The notes below the pieces were generated by a model that was given only the letters and a program-made list of their open reading frames with translations, did not search any database and had not been told where the DNA came from. A program made the translations under genes and the position numbers. 64,000 bases of DNA from positions 1-64,000 of IMG/VR virus record IMGVR_UViG_3300014204_005796; one strand, 5' to 3'. This DNA comes from a virus (Duplodnaviria; Caudoviricetes). Shown here piece after piece: positions 26,585 through 36,405 of this stretch (positions are counted from its first letter, which is position 1; the number at the start of each line of letters is the position of its first letter).

Positions 26585-27472
26585 ATTTTTGGATATCTTC
26601 ACGGATTAATTAGGCAAGCAGCTATTAAAGAGATACAGGACTTACTTGACCTCCATCCATTTTATTCTACTTTAGGGGATAAGAAGTTCCAGAAGACACC
26701 GGTCTTTGTAAACGAGAAGTATAACTTTGATGGCCGCCAGTTTCCTACAGTCCTTGTAGATAGTACATCTGCAGAGGAATTCAGATTGGACTTTTCAAAC
26801 TTTTTAGAGGATGTATCAGGGCATGTTAGGACAACGGACTTACTGCCCTGGGTTATACAGAAAGCTGAAGATGACCGAACATACACAGGTGCATACACAA
26901 ATAATACTTATGCATTAGACTTTGCTAACATAAACAGAGAAAACAAGCGTGAAATACAGCTACGGGTGACAACCACAGCCGGAAGCAGCTATTATGCAGT
27001 TGAGCCTTGGAGCGCACGCACAGATATTATACCGGGAGCGCGCATTTTTATCGGGCCATTTAATGACATAGAAACGGCAAATCCGGCTAAAGTAGCCTAT
27101 ATAGAGACGTTTGCAGACAAGACTTACCTAGGAGACCTGTATGGTAAGGGATTTAATTTTACATTAGACCTTACCATATATGCACAGAGTCAGAACGAGT
27201 GTAAAGAGCTCATGGACCTGTTAAATATGTTTTTTACTTTTTTAATACCCCAAAGATTTCACAATGGATATGGCGTAGTTCTTAAAACTATAAGTAACTC
27301 TAATTTAGTTGAGAAAGACGGGGAAATGGGAGAAGAAGCGTTTAAGGCTACGTTTAGTATAGGCGCTTGGACGGAATCCCAAGTATTTGTACCTCGAAAT
27401 ACCATAGGCTCGTACACATTATGGCTTGAAATGCGCGAGCAAATAAATGGCTTAATAACACAGGGAAGTTAG
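26585..27472 (+). CDS. Tail completion/terminator-like neck protein; probable ATT start
   Basis: Frame of ORF 26786 is open back to TAA 26570; AAGGAG lies 7 nt before ATT 26585; added N-terminus contains EKYNFDGRQFPTVLV; C-terminal LDLTIYAQSQNECKELMDLL. Confidence 0.6.
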   Translation: MFGYLHGLIRQAAIKEIQDLLDLHPFYSTLGDKKFQKTPVFVNEKYNFDGRQFPTVLVDSTSAEEFRLDFSNFLEDVSGHVRTTDLLPWVIQKAEDDRTYTGAYTNNTYALDFANINRENKREIQLRVTTTAGSSYYAVEPWSARTDIIPGARIFIGPFNDIETANPAKVAYIETFADKTYLGDLYGKGFNFTLDLTIYAQSQNECKELMDLLNMFFTFLIPQRFHNGYGVVLKTISNSNLVEKDGEMGEEAFKATFSIGAWTESQVFVPRNTIGSYTLWLEMREQINGLITQGS

Positions 27473-27473
27473 C

Positions 27474-28253
27474 ATGGGCGACGACAAAACAAGACAGCAA
27501 GACCACAGGTTTATTTTAAACAAGGTTCCAGAAAAGCCGCGCTATATAGCGACGGACGCAGAAGACCGCAAATATGCGCATGTATTTGATACGCTTACGA
27601 ACCTGTTTAACCCCAGGGACATGTATGACCGAAATATCCTAAAAGAGGCTAATTCAGGACGTTCTGTGCTTGACGAGCATATAAACAGGCTAGAAAGGCT
27701 TATTGACGCTCGCGGGGAATATGTAACTTTAGTTAAGAGGATCCTTGACGGTGAGTATTGTAGCTGCTATAATCCGGTGACAAAGGAAATAAGGCGTAAA
27801 TACTGCCTTGAGTGTTATGGGACCCGCATAGTTGGAGGGTTTCAGTTATTTGTTAACCGGGGGCGCGAAGACGGTAAGATAACTATAGCGTCACCATTTA
27901 ACGATGAAGAAGTTAGCTGGGAAGAATGGGGCCGTGACGTAAAGTCCGAGAAGGAATACTGGACATTGCCGTACTTCCCGCTGGAAAACGGCCATACGAC
28001 ATTTTCATATGATTTTATGATTTGTTACAACGAAGATGGCACGGAGCTTGGGCGGTACTATATTACGGCAGTTAAACCTTCCAGGTCCGTTGGCAATAAA
28101 ATAACGTATCAGAAGTTTGCAGCTCGCTTGGCGGACAGGCCTACATTTGAAAAAGACGTGCATACTGGGCTAACCGTAGAAAAGATGCGCGGTGATATTA
28201 TATATTCAATAGACATCACACAGTTAGCGAAACTTCCGGGCGGTAAGCCCTAA
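27474..28253 (+). CDS. Neck/head-closure protein with Zn finger
   Basis: GEYV.L.KR...G..CSC..CLECYGT.IVGGF, WTLP.., RYYI..V. Confidence 0.6.
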   Translation: MGDDKTRQQDHRFILNKVPEKPRYIATDAEDRKYAHVFDTLTNLFNPRDMYDRNILKEANSGRSVLDEHINRLERLIDARGEYVTLVKRILDGEYCSCYNPVTKEIRRKYCLECYGTRIVGGFQLFVNRGREDGKITIASPFNDEEVSWEEWGRDVKSEKEYWTLPYFPLENGHTTFSYDFMICYNEDGTELGRYYITAVKPSRSVGNKITYQKFAARLADRPTFEKDVHTGLTVEKMRGDIIYSIDITQLAKLPGGKP

Positions 28254-28267
28254 ATTTGGAGGATTAA

Positions 28268-28600
28268 ATGAAAGAATTTAGATCACTAGTGGAACACAAG
28301 CATGTTGCGGTAGGTGAATCCTGGAGTCGTGCTTTTAACTACGAAGATGTGCAGTTTAAATACTTAACAATTGCTTGCTATGGTATAGCAGCTGCGTCGT
28401 TGCCGACGTACTTACAGGTAAATGTTCGTGCCGGGGACGTGGCAGTTAATGTAGCTGATATTGCGGCTATGCGCAGAGCTACAGGTTCAGGAACCGGGAC
28501 ACTTATTGTAATAGACTTTCCGCTAACCTATGGATTGGAAATAAAAGTTTTGCCGGTTTCAGCCGCACTAGATTTAACGATTTACGGATCAAATTCCTAA
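28268..28600 (+). CDS. Small beta-rich putative virion protein
   Basis: GGAGG RBS; position in operon. Confidence 0.65.
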   Translation: MKEFRSLVEHKHVAVGESWSRAFNYEDVQFKYLTIACYGIAAASLPTYLQVNVRAGDVAVNVADIAAMRRATGSGTGTLIVIDFPLTYGLEIKVLPVSAALDLTIYGSNS

Positions 28601-28611
28601 TTGAGGTTTGA

Positions 28612-30300
28612 ATGTACACAACACGTACTTTTTCAAAGCTAGCTGCTGAGAGGAAACAACTATCACAGGAACAAATGGTGGAGCTATTTTCAAGGTCTGA
28701 TAAGCTTTTAAAAGATCTGGATCGCATCAATCCATTTGTCATAGACAGGTATAAACCGCAGCCGCAGGACGTGCATAATATGTTGCGTACTATATTAAAG
28801 GCCAATGGACTCAATATACTTGGGCGGGTTCTTTCTTCCGGGGACCGCAGCTATGGTAATATTTTAGCGGTCTCTAACGCCTATGTGGACAAGTACTTTG
28901 ACAAGCTCGAAGGAGCTAATAAGATAAAAAGACTGTTAAACCCGCTTAAGCCTGAGTCGTATAAGTCCACGTCTCCAAAACAGTACACGCTTGAAAATTT
29001 GGACTATGTTACGCCTACGAAGAAAGGCGCTGGACAAGCACTTAGCGAATATTTAAAACAGCAAGACCGCACAACGTCAACTATGAGCTCTTCACTCCAG
29101 CAGATGTTGACGTCAGCACAAGCATCAAACTACATACCAAACTTACTTGGCTATGTAATGAAGTACAACAAGCTGTCTCCAAAACGCATGAAGTGGCTTT
29201 TAGATACTTTAATGCGTCCGTTTTTTACCGCAGGTGTAGCGCAGCCAAAAGATATTGAAAATGACCTTTTTGAGACACCACTGGTTGCACTCTTGCGCAA
29301 GCATGGTATTACAGGTAGTTATAGGCGTAAGAATTTATCTCTATACAACATAATGATGCAAGCTTTGGATAATTATATGAATACTGCCTACGGTGGGGAA
29401 ATTACGCTGGACCAGGCTATGAAGGACCCGAAAGACCAGGCGCAGATTGTGCGTGACTTAGCTACACCCGAGCACCAGCTTGGTTTTATAAAAGAGCTTG
29501 TATCAACTAATGAAGCTCATAAGCGTGAAGCCGGTAAATATGAAGGACGTGGGTCAAAATCTGTTTCAACTATGCAAGAATCGGCATTAGCGGGGGGCGG
29601 CGAAGAAGGCGAAAATATCCAGGATATAGCCGAGGCTATAATGAGTAAGCAAAATGTCGACTACACTAAGCCCACGACTCCAGCAGCAGACGAACAGGCC
29701 ATAATGGCCGGTGACCCTGCATATGATGCAGCATATAAAGAGGTTTTAGGTACCATAATGAATAACTATGTTTTAGCTGCGTTGCCCACGGTAGCGTCGG
29801 AGATAATAACAGCGTCAAATATGAAAGAAGACTTGAAATTTAAGCAGGTCGAGTTAGGGATTGAGCAACTTGTAGCAGATAAGTACGCTGGAACGGTAAC
29901 GGCTGCTTTACAGGCAGCATTCTCTCCGGACAATATACGCAATTTTTATGACCCGACCCAAATTGAAGTTTCTGGTCGGTCTACGGTAGCAAATGAAATA
30001 TTCTCATTAATAGACGAAATTATTGAAGACGCAGCAACTAAAGCCAACCTTAACCCTAAGATATTTTCGGAGGAGTTTAAGGAGGGTTTATCCCAGAAGA
30101 TCGCGGCGCGATTGATGGCCACAGCTAAGCCTAAGATAGAAGCGTCTATTAAGCAGAATTTTGATAAAATTGTAAATGAACTTGTAACAAGAGTTGCACC
30201 AATTCAGGCTGAACGCGGCGGAAAGTTCGATAAACCTACCGCAAAACTTATGCTCAAGGAGATCCTTGAGTATTTAGATCAATTTACTGTATTTTCATAG
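28612..30300 (+). CDS. 562-aa helical protein, candidate ejected internal protein (leader MYTTRTFSKLA)
   Basis: GAGGT RBS; no recognisable enzyme motif; leader-like N-terminus. Confidence 0.6.
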   Translation: MYTTRTFSKLAAERKQLSQEQMVELFSRSDKLLKDLDRINPFVIDRYKPQPQDVHNMLRTILKANGLNILGRVLSSGDRSYGNILAVSNAYVDKYFDKLEGANKIKRLLNPLKPESYKSTSPKQYTLENLDYVTPTKKGAGQALSEYLKQQDRTTSTMSSSLQQMLTSAQASNYIPNLLGYVMKYNKLSPKRMKWLLDTLMRPFFTAGVAQPKDIENDLFETPLVALLRKHGITGSYRRKNLSLYNIMMQALDNYMNTAYGGEITLDQAMKDPKDQAQIVRDLATPEHQLGFIKELVSTNEAHKREAGKYEGRGSKSVSTMQESALAGGGEEGENIQDIAEAIMSKQNVDYTKPTTPAADEQAIMAGDPAYDAAYKEVLGTIMNNYVLAALPTVASEIITASNMKEDLKFKQVELGIEQLVADKYAGTVTAALQAAFSPDNIRNFYDPTQIEVSGRSTVANEIFSLIDEIIEDAATKANLNPKIFSEEFKEGLSQKIAARLMATAKPKIEASIKQNFDKIVNELVTRVAPIQAERGGKFDKPTAKLMLKEILEYLDQFTVFS

Positions 30301-30312
30301 GAGGTACAGAAT

Positions 30313-32052
30313 ATGCCTTACACGAGTCCCGGAGTTCGAGTACAAAATGTTTTTCAACCTATTGTTAGTCCTACAGTAGGGGGTGACCGAGTTTTAGCTA
30401 TTGTAGGGAAGGTTCTCATCGCTAATATGAATCTTTACCCTACTACCACGTTAGAGGCCCGCAAGGGTGGAACGACTGCGCTGTTCGACGCAGTTACTGC
30501 AGTAATCCCTGAGCCTTCACTTGGGTCTATTCTTTCAGCAGACAGAGTTACAAGAGTTTGGCAGGGTGGAACAACGTATACGGCCGCGCCAAGTACTTAT
30601 GTTCTCACGCAGACTAAGGGAGCATCTGGCGGAACGGACGTTGTGGCGTCAACTTTGACAGTTGCAGCATCGGCAGCCGACGTACTCGCGGTTTACCAGG
30701 TAGTTAATGGAGCAGCCACGGTATATGCAGAAACCACACAGTATACTGTTATACTTGACAACCTTGGAGCAGGCGCGACGTTACAAGCAAACATTGATTG
30801 GGAAGACGGTGTTCAGCCAGCAGCAGGTTCCAGCTATGTGGTAGTAATTGAAGACGCATCTGTGGACTACACGCCGGTGATAGATACCTCCGTAACTGGC
30901 AAGGTTACAACGAACTTGTATTGGGGTACTATTTCTGCAACCGTGCCAACAACAGGGTCGTCATACTTCGTAAAGATGAGAACGGAATATCCGCATGACC
31001 GTAAAGTTATAACCAGCGCGGATGAAGCAATAAATACTTTTGGTCCTATCATTGACCCTACAGATCCTGATTTTACAGATGTCACAAAAATAAATGAGCT
31101 TTCACTGGCTGCCTACATAGCCTTCTCCGAAGGGGCACCTTCGTTGGTGCTTGTTCCGTACGACCAGGTAGACTTAACTTACGCAGACGCACTCGAATTC
31201 CTTGCCACAGATGATACAGTAAATATCGTGGCCGGTATAGATGATACTTACCTTACCGCTGGTGGAACATCACTAAATGACCTTGTACGCCTGCATGTAG
31301 AAGATACTAGCAGCATGACTGCAAAGAAATACAGGATTGGTTTGATGAACCCGTCTGTTGGTGATTTCTCAGCAGCTTTTGACCAAACGGCTGAGACCGG
31401 CTATAAAGCGCAGGTTGGTATATGTGCCTCACAGCGCATTATCATGATTGGCGCTTCACAGCTAGACTTCAGTATACCGCTCTCTGATGGGACATATTCG
31501 ACATTTAGGTCTGACGGTGGATATGGTAATATAGTGTACGGCGCAATGATGTGCCGTCCGGATTATGACGTGGCAACAGCTATGTTAAGGAAACCGTCAA
31601 GAACTATAGCTAAGATTAGGTCCCAGCAGGATTGGGATGATAAAAAACTTGATATGCTCGCGGCGCTGGGCGTCACGTTGTTTGCTAAGCTTGATGGCAT
31701 ATACAAGGTACGCGACGATGTAACAACAGACCAGACCGGAACTATTATGTTAATGGAACCGGCAATTACGATGATTTCAGACAACATAGCTAAAACAGCT
31801 ATAAGAGTTTTGGACGCAGCCGTAATTGGTGGTAAGCTCTTGCTTCCTACAACGCTTGAGTCTATCAAGACCAGACTTATGAGTATGCTAGATTCTAAGA
31901 CAAAGAATCCTACAATTATCATTGGATATGGTGTGCCCGAAGTTACTGTGGACACAACAGACCCGCGAAAGATTCTTGTAGTAATACCGATACAGCCGGT
32001 ACAGAAAGTTAGAGAAGTTTTAATTACATTCTCATATGTTAGTGCGCTTTAA
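30313..32052 (+). CDS. Contractile tail sheath protein
   Basis: MPYTSPGVRV N-terminus, NELSLAA.IAF.EGA, LAALGVT...VRDDVTTD, DPRKILV..PV.....ITF C-terminus. Confidence 0.9.
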   Translation: MPYTSPGVRVQNVFQPIVSPTVGGDRVLAIVGKVLIANMNLYPTTTLEARKGGTTALFDAVTAVIPEPSLGSILSADRVTRVWQGGTTYTAAPSTYVLTQTKGASGGTDVVASTLTVAASAADVLAVYQVVNGAATVYAETTQYTVILDNLGAGATLQANIDWEDGVQPAAGSSYVVVIEDASVDYTPVIDTSVTGKVTTNLYWGTISATVPTTGSSYFVKMRTEYPHDRKVITSADEAINTFGPIIDPTDPDFTDVTKINELSLAAYIAFSEGAPSLVLVPYDQVDLTYADALEFLATDDTVNIVAGIDDTYLTAGGTSLNDLVRLHVEDTSSMTAKKYRIGLMNPSVGDFSAAFDQTAETGYKAQVGICASQRIIMIGASQLDFSIPLSDGTYSTFRSDGGYGNIVYGAMMCRPDYDVATAMLRKPSRTIAKIRSQQDWDDKKLDMLAALGVTLFAKLDGIYKVRDDVTTDQTGTIMLMEPAITMISDNIAKTAIRVLDAAVIGGKLLLPTTLESIKTRLMSMLDSKTKNPTIIIGYGVPEVTVDTTDPRKILVVIPIQPVQKVREVLITFSYVSAL

Positions 32053-32060
32053 GGTGACAT

Positions 32061-32837
32061 ATGAATAGAATTGCTATTAAGCAGTACCTAAAGAACGTTA
32101 GAGCAGAAGCGGGGTCTACGCAAGTAGACCCTGCCCAGCTCGCTAAGGGTATTGAAGTAGAGAAGGAACATACGAGTACATATAATGCACTTCGTAAGAA
32201 CCCATCTATGCCAAATTCTGCTGCGCAGGCCCTTACAACCATAGATCATTTACAGGAATTTCCGGGAAAGCCTTACTACACAGAGCTTGAAAAGCTTGAG
32301 GAAAAGCTCCGTGGTAAGAAGTCGTCGGTATTCTTTCACAACAAATTAATTCTTACTGCAATAGCCAGAGAGTCCGACTTTAAGAAGGAGATACCGCAGA
32401 GCGTTAGGCAGATTGTGGAAAAGGACCCTCAAAAAGTTCACGAACTTTCAAAGCAAATGCGCCCATTTTTTGAGTCCGTAACTCCTAGGCAGTCTCAACC
32501 ACAAGGCAATGCGTACCAGCGGTTTATTCAAGAACAGATGGCTAAACAGCAACAAGCGCGTGAGCCTATTAAAGAGACACTGCGGAAGAATCTTTTGTCT
32601 ATGCAAAATGAGGTAAATGCATCTAACTTAGACAACATAACACGCTTGGAAAATGCAAATGCGCGTTTAGAGGCTAATCCCCAGGACTGGACGGCACTTA
32701 CAGACTTTATTGGGCAGCAGCTTATTTCAGCATTACAGAAACATACATTGTATGATCCAAAAAGCCTTCTACAAGCGTTAGTGCATAACAATGGGAGTCT
32801 TAAGGCATTGTTAGCAACCGACGACTACCTTAAGTAA
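32061..32837 (+). CDS. Protein with DUF5661-like domain (family recalled from memory), candidate internal head protein
   Basis: QLAKGIEVEKEHT...DHLQE.P..YY..L.KLE. Confidence 0.6.
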   Translation: MNRIAIKQYLKNVRAEAGSTQVDPAQLAKGIEVEKEHTSTYNALRKNPSMPNSAAQALTTIDHLQEFPGKPYYTELEKLEEKLRGKKSSVFFHNKLILTAIARESDFKKEIPQSVRQIVEKDPQKVHELSKQMRPFFESVTPRQSQPQGNAYQRFIQEQMAKQQQAREPIKETLRKNLLSMQNEVNASNLDNITRLENANARLEANPQDWTALTDFIGQQLISALQKHTLYDPKSLLQALVHNNGSLKALLATDDYLK

Positions 32838-32844
32838 GGACAAT

Positions 32845-33420
32845 ATGAGCACATATTACGAGGAGCACAAAGAGTCTATAACGAAGCGCGTGGAGGCTTA
32901 CCGCAAGTCTTTGAATGGTCGCGCTAAGATAAAGGCGCGACAGCAATCGGCACACGGTAAAGCTGTTAGAAAGGCGTATGACCAAAAACCGAAGGCGCAA
33001 GCATATCTCAAAAAGTACAGGCGTTCTCCAGAACGTATGATGGCTGCCGAGCTATACAGAAATACAGCGCGTAGTAAGGCGTCTAGGGCGGCATATTGGG
33101 CTAAGCCGGAGAATCGTCGGCGTTTGTATGAAGCAAAGCTAGCACGGAAAAAGCATTGTGAGATCATTGAACCTGTGAACAAAGAATTATTGATCTTTAG
33201 CCACCAGGGGCGATGTGTGTACTGCGGAAAAGACATAAAGAATGATCGGCATACGCATATTGATCACATGATCCCAGTGTCCAGATATGGGAAGAGAGGA
33301 AAGAAGTTTCCTTATAAGTATAGCACGGTTGTTCCTTCGTGTGCGCCGTGTAATATACGAAAGAAAGATAGAACGCCACTAGAATTTATGTGGCAAGAAA
33401 ATTTACAGGAGGTAATTTAA
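32845..33420 (+). CDS. Free-standing HNH endonuclease
   Basis: RCVYCG..HIDHMIPVSR..VPSCAPCNIRKKDRTP. Confidence 0.9.
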   Translation: MSTYYEEHKESITKRVEAYRKSLNGRAKIKARQQSAHGKAVRKAYDQKPKAQAYLKKYRRSPERMMAAELYRNTARSKASRAAYWAKPENRRRLYEAKLARKKHCEIIEPVNKELLIFSHQGRCVYCGKDIKNDRHTHIDHMIPVSRYGKRGKKFPYKYSTVVPSCAPCNIRKKDRTPLEFMWQENLQEVI

Positions 33421-33421
33421 C

Positions 33422-33952
33422 ATGGCAATAGGCCAAATTCTTGGACCGAGCGCACCAGGCGTAAGCACGCAAACAGTTTTCAGTCTTCAGATCGCGATTG
33501 GGCAGTGGGATAACGACCAGCCGGACGTACAGATTGGTACCGCTACGGAAGTCACACCGAATCAGGAGCGCACAAATACCTTAATAGGTGGAGTTGGCAT
33601 TGGCGATCGCATTATGGAGATCGTCCCTGGTAGAACAAAATACTCTGTAACACTTAGGAAATTTTCTTTGTGGACAAAGAGACTTGCAGAAATCTTTGGG
33701 TACAACAAAGATTTTAGAATGCTGGCTGAGATGCAGAAACCTTTTGATATCAAGGTTTATCACGTTAATCCTAACCCGGATAACCAGGGTGGAGAAATTG
33801 AAGTAACAATCTATAGAGATTGCGTAATTAAGTCTTGGAGACGCAGGCAGGAGTGGGCAGACGAAGTTGTTATTGCCGATGAAGTTGAAGTCGACGTAAC
33901 TTCCATACATGCTAACAAGGAACTTTGGCCCAAGCTTAACGACTTGTTTTAA
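33422..33952 (+). CDS. Tail tube protein
   Basis: EIVPG...VTL, L.E...PFDI, TIYRDC.I.SW, I..EVEVDVT; between sheath and chaperone. Confidence 0.8.
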   Translation: MAIGQILGPSAPGVSTQTVFSLQIAIGQWDNDQPDVQIGTATEVTPNQERTNTLIGGVGIGDRIMEIVPGRTKYSVTLRKFSLWTKRLAEIFGYNKDFRMLAEMQKPFDIKVYHVNPNPDNQGGEIEVTIYRDCVIKSWRRRQEWADEVVIADEVEVDVTSIHANKELWPKLNDLF

Positions 33953-33973
33953 ACTTTAGAAGGGAGCGCACAA

Positions 33974-34339
33974 ATGAGCGCACTAACTGATTTAAAGAAA
34001 TTGGTCATGGAAGGTCTGTTGGAAAAAGAAGTGGATATTGCCATTAAGGATAAGACGTTCAAAATCACGTTAAGCACCGTTACGCTTATAGAGGACCTTA
34101 AAGTGATGAGCGACGCCGGTTTAACCGCGGCGCCGCAGAACGACATAGAGTCCTTAAATTACATTATGGCTCTTCTCCCCTATGCGATTAAAAAGATAAA
34201 TGGGGAAGCTGTTGTACCCGAACAAGTCAGAGATATTGTTGGCTTGATGGATGGTACTAGTATTGGAGACATATATGGGGCTTACGTGGCTTTACATACG
34301 AAAGAACTACAGGCCGGTGCAGAACTAAAAAACTCGTAA
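33974..34339 (+). CDS. Tail assembly chaperone (gpG-like)
   Basis: Between tube and tape measure; ends ELKNS over slippery A AAA AAC. Confidence 0.8.
   Translation: MSALTDLKKLVMEGLLEKEVDIAIKDKTFKITLSTVTLIEDLKVMSDAGLTAAPQNDIESLNYIMALLPYAIKKINGEAVVPEQVRDIVGLMDGTSIGDIYGAYVALHTKELQAGAELKNS
34327..34333 (+). promoter_or_regulatory. Programmed -1 ribosomal frameshift site
   Basis: A_AAA_AAC in the correct phase; the -1 frame is open to 34734. Confidence 0.8.
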
Positions 34340-34734
34340 ACGATCCTGAATCCCGAGTACTTTGGAAGTATATTCAAACCGCAGTCGGGGTCGTTAATGA
34401 AGAAAGATTCAGCGGTTTGCAGCGTACACCTAATAAATGGCAGATAGAGTGGACGTTTTTTAATTTGTTAGTTGATGAAGGCAAGAAGCCGGACGAAATT
34501 GAGGCCATGGTGAACAACAAAATTGATAATTTTCCGGATTATTTCTTTTTTGAGCTTACCAAAATTGGCATGTCTGTTCTCGACATAGCTAAAAAAATGA
34601 ATACAACACCGGCCGAAGTCGAGAAACGCTTAACGAGGTACACCGAATTAGCAACGATGTTCAATCCGCTAAAGACCAAACTTGACGCAAAGATTAAGGC
34701 TGCCGCTAAACGCGACGTAGCAAACATAGGATAA
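34333..34734 (+). CDS. Frameshift extension of tail chaperone (gpGT-like C-terminal part)
   Basis: -1 frame reads LVNDPESRVLWKYIQTAVGVVNEERFSGLQRTPNKWQIEW..., joining ORF 34417..34734, which has no RBS of its own. Confidence 0.75.
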   Translation, partial: LVNDPESRVLWKYIQTAVGVVNEERFSGLQRTPNKWQIEWTFFNLLVDEGKKPDEIEAMVNNKIDNFPDYFFFELTKIGMSVLDIAKKMNTTPAEVEKRLTRYTELATMFNPLKTKLDAKIKAAAKRDVANIG

Positions 34735-34737
34735 CCC

Positions 34738-36393
34738 ATGGCAGATATAGCCGCTTTACAGAAACTAGTAGAGGAATTAAACTCGGCCCTAAAGAACCTG
34801 CAGGGTGCATTTGACACAGGTGACTCAGCTAAGCAAATGGAAGCTATGCTGAACAACACTAAGGATATGGCCACGATTTATCGCGTGCTTAATACCTTGT
34901 CAGAGCAACAGAATGAAACTTTAGTGAAGGGCAATAAAGCGTTAACCAGTGCTTACCAAGGTGCACGTAAGATAGTTGAGACTAATAAAGCTAACGTGTC
35001 CGCCCAGCTGCACCAATTAGGCTTGGCCGTGGGCATCTCAAGTGAAAAGCAACAGCAACTTGCTGCTGCCAAGGATATTTGGCGTTGGACGGACAAGAGC
35101 AACGACCCTGAGTTAAAAGCTCTTACGAGATCACAACGCGTGGCACATTATACTCAATTTACAAGCAAAAATCTCGGTGAAGCTGTTTCACGCGTAGGTA
35201 AAATGGCTGCAAGTTTAGGGTCTGCTGAAAGTGCCGCTGCAGGTTTATCTGGAGGCGCTGCACAGCTTGCCACCATGGGAGTTTCTCGTGCGGTTGGCGC
35301 TATGGCCGGCGGGGGAGCTGCCGCAGTAGGCGGAGTGGCTTTTGGTATGGCCACAGTAGCCGTAGCTGCCGGGGCCACCATTTTAGCCGCACAGCTCAAG
35401 ATGTTATCGGTAAAGCTGGAGGGCGCTCGTGTAGCTTTTGGTAATACAGCAGATATTGCGGCTGCTTCTTCACAAATGAAGGAGTTTGGCGCTACTATAG
35501 GCAAGGCTGCCGCCTTACATAAAGTTTCTGCAGAGGAAGTAGGAGGAGCATTTAGGACAGTTATGTCTAAAATGCCTACTGATTGGGATAAGTTTTCAAA
35601 GTCTACCGGCATAGCTTCAGATTCTTTAGCAGGTATAAGAGGTTTTGCCGCAGCATTTGGTGTTGGCATGGAGGACACCGCAGGTGTGCTCACCACTTTG
35701 CGCAGCACATACAGACGTAACCAAACGTCCATGCGTAAAGAAGACCAAGCAACTTCGGATTTATATAAAGTGTATGCACAATCAACGAGGTTTGTCAAAG
35801 CCGAGATAGCCTCACGGTCGGCATCTTTGTCTGCTATTAAAGGAGCCTTTGAAGCAACAAGTCACTATAACCAGACGATGGAAGACGTAGGACGCGGTAT
35901 TGAGATGTTTTATAACAATACATACGCCGTAAAGCCGGCAACCGTTGCAGCGGCAGCACAACGATACCAGAACTTAACAGAAGCAACTGCGAATGTAAGC
36001 ATGGGCGCTAAAATGCTGTCTATGCCATCCGCCGGTATTGGCGCTATGTACAGATGGACCCAGATGAAGCCTAATGAACGTCAAGAAGCATTGCAAAGCG
36101 TTATGGGGAGCGCTTTTATGTTTAATGCGCAGGATAATGATATAACAAAATCTATTAAGATGCAGAATGCGGGTGCAATGTCAGGTATATCCGACCCCAC
36201 GGCACTTGTGGACTTATTAGGGCAAAAATCTGGTGACACTGCAAAAATTAGTGCCCAGGAAACTGCCCAAGCAACTTCAGACGTGGCAGAAAGCAGTGAA
36301 AAGCAGAAAGAGGCATATAAGCTAGCGGGTTCTGCTGTACTAGAGATAAGAAGTACATTAGCACAGATGTGGACGTGGATGTCTAACTTATAG
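34738..36393 (+). CDS. Tape measure protein (short, 551 aa)
   Basis: Follows the chaperone pair; Ala/Gly-rich helical sequence with hydrophobic central segment. Confidence 0.8.
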   Translation: MADIAALQKLVEELNSALKNLQGAFDTGDSAKQMEAMLNNTKDMATIYRVLNTLSEQQNETLVKGNKALTSAYQGARKIVETNKANVSAQLHQLGLAVGISSEKQQQLAAAKDIWRWTDKSNDPELKALTRSQRVAHYTQFTSKNLGEAVSRVGKMAASLGSAESAAAGLSGGAAQLATMGVSRAVGAMAGGGAAAVGGVAFGMATVAVAAGATILAAQLKMLSVKLEGARVAFGNTADIAAASSQMKEFGATIGKAAALHKVSAEEVGGAFRTVMSKMPTDWDKFSKSTGIASDSLAGIRGFAAAFGVGMEDTAGVLTTLRSTYRRNQTSMRKEDQATSDLYKVYAQSTRFVKAEIASRSASLSAIKGAFEATSHYNQTMEDVGRGIEMFYNNTYAVKPATVAAAAQRYQNLTEATANVSMGAKMLSMPSAGIGAMYRWTQMKPNERQEALQSVMGSAFMFNAQDNDITKSIKMQNAGAMSGISDPTALVDLLGQKSGDTAKISAQETAQATSDVAESSEKQKEAYKLAGSAVLEIRSTLAQMWTWMSNL

Positions 36394-36405
36394 GCAGGAG
36401 CAGCT

